24,000 nucleotides of DNA. Origin: Phreatobacter sp. GTDB taxonomy: Bacteria; Pseudomonadota; Alphaproteobacteria; Rhizobiales; Phreatobacteraceae. Below, piece after piece: positions 6,252-13,185 of the stretch. Each line of letters opens with the position of its first letter. Within the stretch, counting starts at the first letter, position 1. The DNA lies in contig NZ_JBHYDR010000010.1 of assembly GCF_051860605.1 (NCBI RefSeq), positions 78,346 to 102,345 on the forward strand, read 5' to 3'. The notes beneath the pieces were generated by a model, which saw only the letters and a program-made list of their open reading frames with translations, was not told where the DNA came from and made no database searches. The translations under genes and the position numbers were made by a program.

Positions 6252-6755
6252 TCAACCCGTTCCGGCGGACACCTCGCTGAGGATGTCGACGGCGCGGTCA
6301 CCGGCATCGGACCGCGAGACGCGGACGACGACGAAGGTGCCGCCGCGCTTCAGGCCCTCGCCATAGGCGCGCGCCTCGTCCTCCGTGACCCCCGCCGAGG
6401 TGAGCGCGCCGATGAGGCCGCCGGCAACCCCGCCGGCGCTCGCCCCGGCAAGCGTGGAGGCAAGCCAGCCGGCCGCCACCAGCGGCGCAGCCCCCGGAAT
6501 AGCGAGCACGCCGAGCCCAGCCACGGCCCCGGCCGCGCCGCCAGCCAGGACGCCGACGCCCGCGCCGGTGGCGACCGCATCGCCGTCCTCCGGCTCCTCA
6601 TGGGGCTGGTAGGGCGCAAGCTCGGAGCGGTCCATGGTCGGGTCGTTGGACAGAAGCGACATCGCCCTGTCGGGAAAGCCCGCCGCACGCAGCCGCTCCA
6701 CGGCCTCCGCAGCTTCGGCATAGGTCCTGAACAGGGAGGAAACGGTATGGGGCAT
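6252..6755 (-). CDS. General stress protein 17M (YflT)-like protein with a Gly-rich hydrophobic core
   Basis: Start at ATG 6755 (GGAGAA upstream), 167 aa. The N-terminus VSSLFRTYAEAAEAVERLRAAGFP and C-terminus GVTEDEARAYGEGLKRGGTFVVVRV match the YflT-like stress-protein pattern. The central part is a GAGVGVLAGGAAGAVAGLG... glycine-zipper segment. Confidence 0.75.
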   Translation of the reverse strand: MPHTVSSLFRTYAEAAEAVERLRAAGFPDRAMSLLSNDPTMDRSELAPYQPHEEPEDGDAVATGAGVGVLAGGAAGAVAGLGVLAIPGAAPLVAAGWLASTLAGASAGGVAGGLIGALTSAGVTEDEARAYGEGLKRGGTFVVVRVSRSDAGDRAVDILSEVSAGTG

Positions 6756-6825
6756 GATGCTTCTCCTCGCCGCACGCGCGGGCCGGCATGAGGTCGCCGG
6801 CATCGTCGCAATGGGGTGGCAGGAG

Positions 6826-6854
6826 AAACAACCCCGGCCGGGGCGCATCGTTCC
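6826..6854 (-). promoter_or_regulatory. Candidate EcfG/sigma-T-type general-stress-response promoter
   Basis: The minus strand reads GGAAC (6854-6850), 16 nt, then GGTT (6833-6830), followed by GTTT. The published alphaproteobacterial EcfG consensus is GGAAC-N16/17-CGTT (S. meliloti RpoE2: GGAAC-N18/19-TT). It lies about 75-100 nt upstream of the YflT-like gene ATG. Confidence 0.35.
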
Positions 6855-6890
6855 CCAACCGCCGGCGGGCGGGCGGCAGGCCGCGACGCT

Positions 6891-9068
6891 TTACTGGAAG
6901 ACCCGGTCCACCGATGCCACCATCGACAGGCTCTTGATGCCGCCGAGGATCGCCGTCAGGTGCTTCAGGTCCCAGACCTCCATGTCGATCACCACCTCGG
7001 TATAGTCGGCGGTCTTCCGCTGCATGCGCAGGTTGTCGATATTGCCGTCATTGTCGGCGATCACCTGGGTAACGCGGGCGAGCGAGCCCGGCTCGTTGCG
7101 CGACATGACCGCGATCCGCACCGGATAACGCGCGGGCTTGGCGACATCCAGGTCCCAGCGCACGTCCAGCCAGCGCTCCGGCTCGTTGTCGAAGGCGGCC
7201 AGCGCCGGCGACTGGATCGGATAGATGGTGATGCCCTCGCCCGCCGTCATGATGCCGACGATGCGGTCGCCCGGCAGCGCCCCGCCATCGGCGGCGAATT
7301 TCACCGGCAGGTCGAAATTGATGCCGCGAATGGGGATGGCCCCCTCGGTCTCGGGCACCTGGAACTTGATGTCGCTCGTGCCGTCGACGCCGAACCAGTC
7401 GGCGGTCGGCTTCGGTCCCAGCGGGGTCTCGGCCTTGAAGTCGGGATAGACCGCCTTCAGCACATCCTCGGCCGGGATCTCGTCGCGTCCCACCGCCCAG
7501 AACACATCCTCCACCGTGCTGCGGGCGAGGCGCTTCAGGCCGAGCTTCACCACCTCGTCGGAAAAGGCCTTGCCGGCGCGGTTGAACAGGTTCTGCACGA
7601 TGCGGCGGCCAAGCTCGAAATATTGCGCGCGCGTCGCGGTGCGGGTGGCGCGGCGGATCGCGGAGCGCGCGCGGCCCGTGACCACGATGTTCTCCCAGGC
7701 CGGCGAGGGTGTCGCCTTGGGGTCGGTGATGATCTCCACCTCGTCGCCGTTTTGCAGTTCGGTGACCAGCGGCCGCTCGGCGCCGTTGATCCGCGCCCGC
7801 GAACAGTGGTGGCCGATATCGGTATGCACCGCATAGGCGAAGTCGATGCAGTTGGCCTTGCGCGGCAGGGCGATCAGCCGGCCCTTGGGCGTGAAGCAAT
7901 AGACCTGGTCGGAGAACAGCTCGAGCTTGGTATGCTCGAGGAATTCCTCCGGATTGTCGCCATGGGCGAGCATGTCCACCGTGTGCCGCAGCCAGGCATA
8001 GGCCCGGCTCTCGGTCTCGAACGTGCCAAGCTCCACCCCGTCCTTGTAGAGCGCATGGGCGGCGATGCCGTATTCGGCCACCTCGTGCATGGTGCGGGTG
8101 CGGATCTGCATTTCCACGCGCTGGCTGCCGGGCCCGATCACGGTGGTGTGGATCGAGCGGTAGTCATTGCCCTTCGGGGTCGACACATAGTCCTTGAAGC
8201 GCTCGGGAACGGCCGGCCAGGTCGTGTGGACCACGCCGATCGCCCGGTAGCAGTCGGACACCGTCTCGACGATGACGCGGAAGCCGACGACATCCGACAG
8301 CTGCTCGAAGGAGACCGACTTGCGCTCCATCTTGCGGTAGATCGAATAGGGCTTCTTCTGCCGGCCGGTGACATCGGCCACGATGCCCTGCTCGGCCAGC
8401 TTGCGGGTCAGCTGGGCCTCGATCTCCTCGATGATCCGGCCGCTCGCCTCGCGCTGGCGCGACAGCCGCGACGTCAGCGCCTCGTAGGCGTCCGGGTTGA
8501 TCTGGCGGAAGGCCAGGTCCTCCAGTTCCTCGCGCATGTCGTGCATGCCCATGCGGCCGGCGAGCGGCGCATAGATGTCCAGCGTCTCCTGGGCGACGCG
8601 GTCGCGCTTGGGGGCCGGCACATAGTGCAGCGTGCGCATGTTGTGCAGGCGGTCGGCGAGCTTCACCAGCAGCACCCGCACGTCGGAGGTGATGGCGAGC
8701 AGGAGCTTGCGGAGGTTTTCCGCCTGCACCGCCTGCTTGGAGACGAGGTCCAGCTTCTTCAGCTTGGTCAGCCCGTCCACCAGTTCGGCGATGGCCGAGC
8801 CGAACTTGTCGCGGATGTCGTCCTTGGTCGCGTCGGTGTCCTCGATCGTGTCGTGGAGCAGCGCCGCCACGATCGTGGCATCGTCCAGCTTCAGATCGGT
8901 GAGGATCGCCGCCACTTCCAGCGGATGGGAGAAATAGGGGTCGCCCGAGGCCCGCTTCTGGCTGCCATGGGCGAGCATGGCATAGACATAGGCGCGGTCC
9001 AGCAGGGCCTCGTCGGCCTGCGGATTGTAGCGCTTGACGCGCTCGACCAGTTCGTACTGCCGCATCAT
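6891..9068 (-). CDS. spoT: Bifunctional (p)ppGpp synthetase/hydrolase (RelA/SpoT homologue, Rsh)
   Basis: 725-aa ORF MMRQYELVERV... with the HD hydrolase motif (HPLEVA...LLHDTIEDT), a RelA/SpoT synthetase region (YRSIHTTV), a TGS region and a C-terminal ACT-like domain. Confidence 0.95.
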   Translation of the reverse strand: MMRQYELVERVKRYNPQADEALLDRAYVYAMLAHGSQKRASGDPYFSHPLEVAAILTDLKLDDATIVAALLHDTIEDTDATKDDIRDKFGSAIAELVDGLTKLKKLDLVSKQAVQAENLRKLLLAITSDVRVLLVKLADRLHNMRTLHYVPAPKRDRVAQETLDIYAPLAGRMGMHDMREELEDLAFRQINPDAYEALTSRLSRQREASGRIIEEIEAQLTRKLAEQGIVADVTGRQKKPYSIYRKMERKSVSFEQLSDVVGFRVIVETVSDCYRAIGVVHTTWPAVPERFKDYVSTPKGNDYRSIHTTVIGPGSQRVEMQIRTRTMHEVAEYGIAAHALYKDGVELGTFETESRAYAWLRHTVDMLAHGDNPEEFLEHTKLELFSDQVYCFTPKGRLIALPRKANCIDFAYAVHTDIGHHCSRARINGAERPLVTELQNGDEVEIITDPKATPSPAWENIVVTGRARSAIRRATRTATRAQYFELGRRIVQNLFNRAGKAFSDEVVKLGLKRLARSTVEDVFWAVGRDEIPAEDVLKAVYPDFKAETPLGPKPTADWFGVDGTSDIKFQVPETEGAIPIRGINFDLPVKFAADGGALPGDRIVGIMTAGEGITIYPIQSPALAAFDNEPERWLDVRWDLDVAKPARYPVRIAVMSRNEPGSLARVTQVIADNDGNIDNLRMQRKTADYTEVVIDMEVWDLKHLTAILGGIKSLSMVASVDRVFQ

Positions 9069-9170
9069 GGGCGCGGCGCCTTCGCGGGGATCATCAGGAG
9101 AAGATCAGCGCTTCCGCCGGCCTTTTCAATGCGCACGGCAGTTGAGGCCGCCTCGGACGCCCTGCCATGC

Positions 9171-9193
9171 AAAAGGGCGGCCCGTGGCCGCCC
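9171..9193 (-). terminator. Intrinsic terminator/attenuator between rpoZ and spoT
   Basis: The minus-strand RNA reads GGGCGGCC-ACG-GGCCGCCC-UUUUG: an 8-bp all-GC stem, a 3-nt loop and U4. It starts 36 nt after the rpoZ stop and lies about 100 nt before the spoT ATG. Confidence 0.55.
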
Positions 9194-9229
9194 TCCGAAA
9201 GCCGTTCAGGGGCGGCGTCCCGCTGAAAC

Positions 9230-9619
9230 TTACAGGCCGTCGTCGTCGTCGGTGTCTTCCGGCGGCTTGAGGCCTTCGAGGCCGCGCAGCAGCTCTTCCT
9301 CGCTCATGCGGTCCATGGCGACATCGACATCGTCGGAATCGGCGCCGCCGGCCGCGATCAGCGGCACGGTATCCGGCTCCGGCTCGTCCACTTCCACATA
9401 TTTCTGCAGCGAGTGGATCAGGTCTTCCTTGAGGTCGTCCGGCGAGATGGTCGCATCGGCGATCTCGCGCAGGGCGACGACGGGGTTCTTGTCGCGGTCG
9501 CGATCGATGGTGATCGGCGAGCCAGCGGCCAGCATGCGGGCGCGGTGGCTGGCGACCAGCACCAGATCGAAACGGTTCTCGACCTTGTCGATGCAATCCT
9601 CGACGGTGACGCGAGCCAT
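9230..9619 (-). CDS. rpoZ: DNA-directed RNA polymerase subunit omega
   Basis: 129-aa [33 protein letters not shown]..., the canonical RpoZ N-terminus, with an acidic C-terminal tail typical of alphaproteobacterial omega. Confidence 0.95.
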   Translation of the reverse strand: MARVTVEDCIDKVENRFDLVLVASHRARMLAAGSPITIDRDRDKNPVVALREIADATISPDDLKEDLIHSLQKYVEVDEPEPDTVPLIAAGGADSDDVDVAMDRMSEEELLRGLEGLKPPEDTDDDDGL

Positions 9620-9677
9620 CGGTTATCCTTGGAATCGTGACGGGCCCCGTAGGGGCGGATGTCCGGAAAGAGCGGGT

Positions 9678-9706
9678 GTATAGCCGCACCGGCCGCCCGT
9701 TGCAAG
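9678..9706 (-). promoter_or_regulatory. Candidate sigma-70 promoter for rpoZ
   Basis: The minus strand reads CTTGCA (9706-9701), 17 nt, then CTATAC (9683-9678). This is close to the alphaproteobacterial CTTGAC-N17-CTATAT consensus and lies about 60 nt upstream of the rpoZ ATG. Confidence 0.45.
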
Positions 9707-9741
9707 CCTTGCTGGCTACCGAGGCCTTGCCGGCTATCGAG
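9706..9741. repeat. Tandem 18-bp duplication abutting the rpoZ -35 element
   Basis: GCCTTGCTGGCTACCGAG (9706-9723) and GCCTTGCCGGCTATCGAG (9724-9741) share 16/18 positions and are followed by a degenerate third start, GCCTAGTTGCC. Confidence 0.6.
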
Positions 9742-9771
9742 GCCTAGTTGCCTGCTTCAAGCCTCGCCCGA

Positions 9772-10248
9772 TCACTCCGGGCGCCTCACCAGCCGCGCCG
9801 CGGCGGCATCGACCGCCCTGCCCGCCTCGTCCACCAGCGCGACACGCAGCGGACGGCCGGTCTGCCTGTCGACCAGTCCGACGGGAGCCGGCCGCCCCAG
9901 CACATGCGCCTCGCCCCATTGCGTCAGTGCCGCAAGGGTTAGCGCCAGATCCCGTCCGGATGGCGTCAGGACATAGGCGTGGCGCGCCCGGTCCCCCGGC
10001 TCCTGATAGGCCCGCCGCTCCAGAATGCCCCGCTCCACCAGCCGGGCCAGCCGGTCCGACAGCATGGACCGCGGCGCATCGAGGTCCTGCCGCATGTCGT
10101 CATAGCGCTGCACCCCATAGAAGGCCTCACGCAGGATGAGCAGAGTCCAGCGGTCGCCGATCGCCTCGGCGGCCAGCGCCATCGGGCAGTCCTGCCGCGG
10201 GACCATGGCGCGGCGGCGGGGCGATCGGTCGGTATCTGGGTTTGACAT
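9772..10248 (-). CDS. HxlR-family winged-helix transcriptional regulator
   Basis: The 158-aa ORF contains CPMALAAEAIGDRWTLLILREAFYGVQRYDDMRQDL...SMLSDRLARLVERGILERR, the characteristic HxlR/DUF24 core. The start codon is uncertain (ATG 10248 or 10206). Confidence 0.85.
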   Translation of the reverse strand: MSNPDTDRSPRRRAMVPRQDCPMALAAEAIGDRWTLLILREAFYGVQRYDDMRQDLDAPRSMLSDRLARLVERGILERRAYQEPGDRARHAYVLTPSGRDLALTLAALTQWGEAHVLGRPAPVGLVDRQTGRPLRVALVDEAGRAVDAAAARLVRRPE

Positions 10249-10296
10249 CCGGTTTCAGATAGCGGAGAACCGGCTCGGTTCAAAATCCGAAACCAG

Positions 10297-11133
10297 ATGG
10301 CGGAGGACCCGATGGCGGGACGCGACCTGACGCAGGACGATCCGCTGGATGATTTCGAGGCCCGCCTCATCACCTGCGCCGGCGTGACGAAGACCGTCCA
10401 CGTCGCCGGCACGGGCCCGGCGGTCATCGTGATGGCCGAGATGCCCGGCATCAGCCCGCATGTCGCGCGCTTCGCCCGCTGGGTGCGCGAGGCCGGATTC
10501 ACCGTCTGGATGCCGTCGCTGTTCGGGCGCGACGGGGCGGTGGCCACCGCACGGGAGGGCGGCGCGGTGTTCCAGCACGCCTGCATCAGCGCGGAGTTCC
10601 GCACCCTCGCCTTCCAGGGGTCGAGCCCGGTGACCGACTGGCTGAAGGCGCTGGCCCGCCACGCCCATGCGGCCTGCGGGGGACCCGGTGTCGGCGCCAT
10701 CGGCATGTGCTTCACCGGCAATTTCGCCCTGTCCATGATGCTCGAGCCGGCGGTGCTGGCGCCCGTCCTCGCCCAACCCTCCCTGCCGCTCGACAACCCA
10801 GACGCGGTGGAAAGCCCGCCGGACGAGCTTGCCGCCGTCCGCGCGCGGCTGGAGCGCGACGACCTCACCGTTCTCGCCTACCGCTTTGCCGGCGACCGCT
10901 TCTGCCAGGCCGGGCGCTTCGCCGCCTATGAGCGGGCGCTCGGACACCGCTTCATCGGCCATGTGCTGCCCGACAGCGCGGCCAATCCGGACGTGCCGCC
11001 GTTCTTCGCGCGCTTCGTCGCGACCCCGCACAGCGTCGTCACGGCTCATCTCATCGACGCCGACGGCGAGCCGACGCTTGCAGCCCGCGACGCGATCCTC
11101 GCCTTCTTCGCGCAGCGCCTGCGGCCGGCCTGA
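10297..11133 (+). CDS. Dienelactone-hydrolase-family alpha/beta hydrolase
   Basis: The 278-aa ORF has a Cys nucleophile elbow GMCFTG (G-x-C-x-G) as in dienelactone hydrolases, with an upstream VIVMAEMPG and a late His (TPHSV). It is divergent from the HxlR gene. Confidence 0.75.
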   Translation: MAEDPMAGRDLTQDDPLDDFEARLITCAGVTKTVHVAGTGPAVIVMAEMPGISPHVARFARWVREAGFTVWMPSLFGRDGAVATAREGGAVFQHACISAEFRTLAFQGSSPVTDWLKALARHAHAACGGPGVGAIGMCFTGNFALSMMLEPAVLAPVLAQPSLPLDNPDAVESPPDELAAVRARLERDDLTVLAYRFAGDRFCQAGRFAAYERALGHRFIGHVLPDSAANPDVPPFFARFVATPHSVVTAHLIDADGEPTLAARDAILAFFAQRLRPA

Positions 11134-11173
11134 ACCGCCACCAGACTTCCACTCTGATAGACTTGGCTGGCCC

Positions 11174-11246
11174 AAGTACAGGCCCGGCAGCGAAAGAACA
11201 GGCCTGAAAACGCAAGAACAGGCTTGAAAACGCAAGAACAGGCTTG
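11174..11246. repeat. Four phased 11-bp boxes AAG(T/A)ACAGGC(C/T) at an exact 20-bp period
   Basis: Boxes start at 11174, 11194, 11214 and 11234. The last three are embedded in near-identical 20-mers: GAAAGAACAGGCCTGAAAAC, GCAAGAACAGGCTTGAAAAC and GCAAGAACAGGCTTG. Confidence 0.85.
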
Positions 11247-11292
11247 CCGGACCGATCCGGTCTCATGCTAGAACCATTCCGGACTGCGCGGC

Positions 11293-11340
11293 CCGCGCGG
11301 TCAGTCAACCCGATCCATTGCCCGCGTGCGGCTCTTTTTT
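11293..11340 (+). terminator. Candidate intrinsic terminator (imperfect hairpin plus T6)
   Basis: CCGCGCGG (11293-11300) can pair with CCGCGTGCGG (11322-11331) over about 7 bp including one G-U, with a loop of about 21 nt. This is followed by CTC and TTTTTT (11335-11340). A T6 run is rare in this GC-rich window. Confidence 0.35.
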
Positions 11341-11394
11341 GACGATCCGTTTTCAAGGCCCGCGCCGATTGCCCCGACGAAAGGATTTCCGGCC

Positions 11395-12033
11395 ATGTCA
11401 ACCGGACAGGAACGCATTGCGCTCTTCATAGATGGCGCGAACCTTCACGCCACGGCCAAGACCCTCGGCTTCGACATCGACTACAAGCGCCTGCTCGGGG
11501 AGTTCCGCGCGCGCGGCTATCTCCTGCGCGCCTACTACTACACGGCGCTGATCGAGGAGCAGGAATATTCCTCGATCCGGCCGCTGATCGACTGGCTCGA
11601 CTATAACGGCTTCACGGTGGTCACCAAGGCCGCCAAGGAGTTCACCGATGCCATGGGCCGCCGCAAGGTGAAGGGCAACATGGACATCGAGCTGGCGGTC
11701 GATGCCATGGAACTGTCGGCGCGCGTCGACCATGTCGTGCTTTTCTCCGGCGACGGCGACTTCCGCTACCTCGTCGAGGTGCTCCAGCGCCGCGGCGTGA
11801 AGGTCTCGGTCGTGTCCACCGTCTCGGTCCAGCCGGCCATGATCGCCGACGAGCTGCGCCGCCAGGCCGACGAGTTCATCGACCTGGCGCATCTGTCGCA
11901 GCGGATCGGCCGCGACCCCTCCGAGCGCCCGGTCCGGCCGGCCGGCGAGATGCCCGGCTTCGTGCGCGACCGCCCGCGCCCGCCGCGGCCGATCGCCCCG
12001 ACCCGGCCGCTGGCCGACGAAGGCGAGCGCTGA
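11395..12033 (+). CDS. NYN-domain (LabA/DUF88-like, PIN-related) protein with a Pro/Arg-rich tail
   Basis: Start at ATG 11395 (AAGGA upstream). IALFIDGANLH...GNMDIELAVDAM...VVLFSGDGDFRYLVEVLQRRGVKV are the acidic-residue motifs of NYN/LabA-like nuclease folds. Confidence 0.85.
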   Translation: MSTGQERIALFIDGANLHATAKTLGFDIDYKRLLGEFRARGYLLRAYYYTALIEEQEYSSIRPLIDWLDYNGFTVVTKAAKEFTDAMGRRKVKGNMDIELAVDAMELSARVDHVVLFSGDGDFRYLVEVLQRRGVKVSVVSTVSVQPAMIADELRRQADEFIDLAHLSQRIGRDPSERPVRPAGEMPGFVRDRPRPPRPIAPTRPLADEGER

Positions 12034-12044
12034 ACGGCGCTGGC

Positions 12045-12689
12045 ATGACCACCGGCACCGATCCGTCCCGCGACTGCCCGCTCTGCCCGCGGCTGGCCGC
12101 CTTCCGCCAGAAGCACCGCGGCCTCAGTCCCGACTGGCACAACGCCCCGGTTGCCAGTTTCGGGCCCGGTGACGCGCGCCTGCTCATCGTTGGGCTGGCG
12201 CCCGGCCTGCAGGGCGCCAACCGCACCGGGCGGCCGTTCACCGGCGACTGGGCCGGCGACCTGCTCTACGAGACGCTGATCGCCTTCGGCTTCGCCCGCG
12301 GAACCTATGACGAGCGGGCCGATGACGGGCTCGAACTGGTCGGCACGCGCATCACCAATGCGGTGCGCTGCGTGCCGCCGGAGAACAAGCCGACGACGCA
12401 GGAGATCCACACCTGCCGGCCGTTCCTGTCCGCCACCATCGCCGACCTGCCGCAGCTGTCGGCCATCGTCACGCTCGGACGCATCGGCCATGACAGCACG
12501 GTCCGGGCGCTGGGCGAGCGGCCGTCCCGCCTGCCCTTCTCCCATGGCGGCGTGCAGGTGCTGGGGCGGCTGACCCTGTTTTCCAGCTATCATTGCTCCC
12601 GCTACAACACGAATACCGGCGTGCTGACGCCGACCATGTTCCGCGCCGTCTTCTCGGCGGTTCGCCGGCACCTCGACGCGGCGCCCTGA
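12045..12689 (+). CDS. Uracil-DNA glycosylase superfamily protein (family 4/5, Fe-S type; motif A looks UdgB-like)
   Basis: The 214-aa ORF has CPLCPRL, then GLAPGLQGANRTGRPFTGD (motif A with Leu instead of the family-4 Glu), then NAVRCVPPENKPT..E..TCRPFL (Fe-S cysteines) and HCSRYN (motif B His). It begins 11 nt after the NYN gene stop. Confidence 0.8.
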   Translation: MTTGTDPSRDCPLCPRLAAFRQKHRGLSPDWHNAPVASFGPGDARLLIVGLAPGLQGANRTGRPFTGDWAGDLLYETLIAFGFARGTYDERADDGLELVGTRITNAVRCVPPENKPTTQEIHTCRPFLSATIADLPQLSAIVTLGRIGHDSTVRALGERPSRLPFSHGGVQVLGRLTLFSSYHCSRYNTNTGVLTPTMFRAVFSAVRRHLDAAP

Positions 12690-12767
12690 CAAGGCGGCCA
12701 TCCGGCCGCGTCACGACTGCAAGCCGGGCGCCTCCTCAAGGCGCCCAAAGGACGAAAGGGCCGGCCC

Positions 12768-13070
12768 ATGTCTCCGGGAACCCGCCGCGCGCTGCGCCTG
12801 GCGACCTTTCTCGCCGCCACCGTCGGCGCGCTGTTCTGGCTGGCGGCCATGGTGGCGAGCCTCACGACGCCGCCGGGTCCGCGCGACGGCCATGCGTCGT
12901 TCGGGCTGATCCTCGCCACGGTCTATGCCCTGGTCCTGGTGCTGCCGGCCTTCGTGCTGGCGCTGCTCGACCGCTGGCCGGTCGTCGCCCTCCTGCTCGG
13001 GCTGGCGGCTGTCGCCATCGGGCTGCACGCGGTGGTGCCGTGGGCGCCTCTCGGGCCGCTCGGCTCCTGA
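12768..13070 (+). CDS. Small integral membrane protein (three hydrophobic helices), unknown family
   Basis: 100-aa ORF with extremely GC3-rich codons. Hydrophobic segments are LATFLAATVGALFWLAAMVA, FGLILATVYALVLVLPAFVLALL and VVALLLGLAAVAIGLHAVV. GAAAGGG lies upstream of the ATG. Confidence 0.55.
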   Translation: MSPGTRRALRLATFLAATVGALFWLAAMVASLTTPPGPRDGHASFGLILATVYALVLVLPAFVLALLDRWPVVALLLGLAAVAIGLHAVVPWAPLGPLGS

Positions 13071-13185
13071 CCGCGGCTGAATTCACGGTTTCGTGATCCG
13101 CCCTCCCGCATCCATGAAGGCGTCGTCAGGTGTTCCCGTCAGGACCCGCACGCAAGGCAGGTCCCAATTCACGGGAGAAAAAGCC

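Noticed and set aside
6205-6255. TTG start at 6255 for the kinase-like gene (TTGA overlap with the upstream stop)
   Set aside because: It is possible. ATG 6204, with AGGAGA 7 nt upstream, is the better-supported start. The 17 extra residues add nothing recognisable.
6816-9683. 955-aa plus-strand ORF
   Set aside because: It is antisense to the unmistakable spoT/rsh and rpoZ genes. Its composition is dominated by Arg, Gly, Ala, Asp, His and Leu, typical of the shadow frame of a GC3-rich gene, and it has no recognisable motifs.
10255-11235. 326-aa minus-strand ORF and other ORFs overlapping the hydrolase gene
   Set aside because: It is the antisense shadow of the plus-strand dienelactone-hydrolase-like gene, which carries the G-x-C-x-G nucleophile elbow. 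The minus-strand frame is Arg/Gly/Ala/Glu-rich with no motifs.
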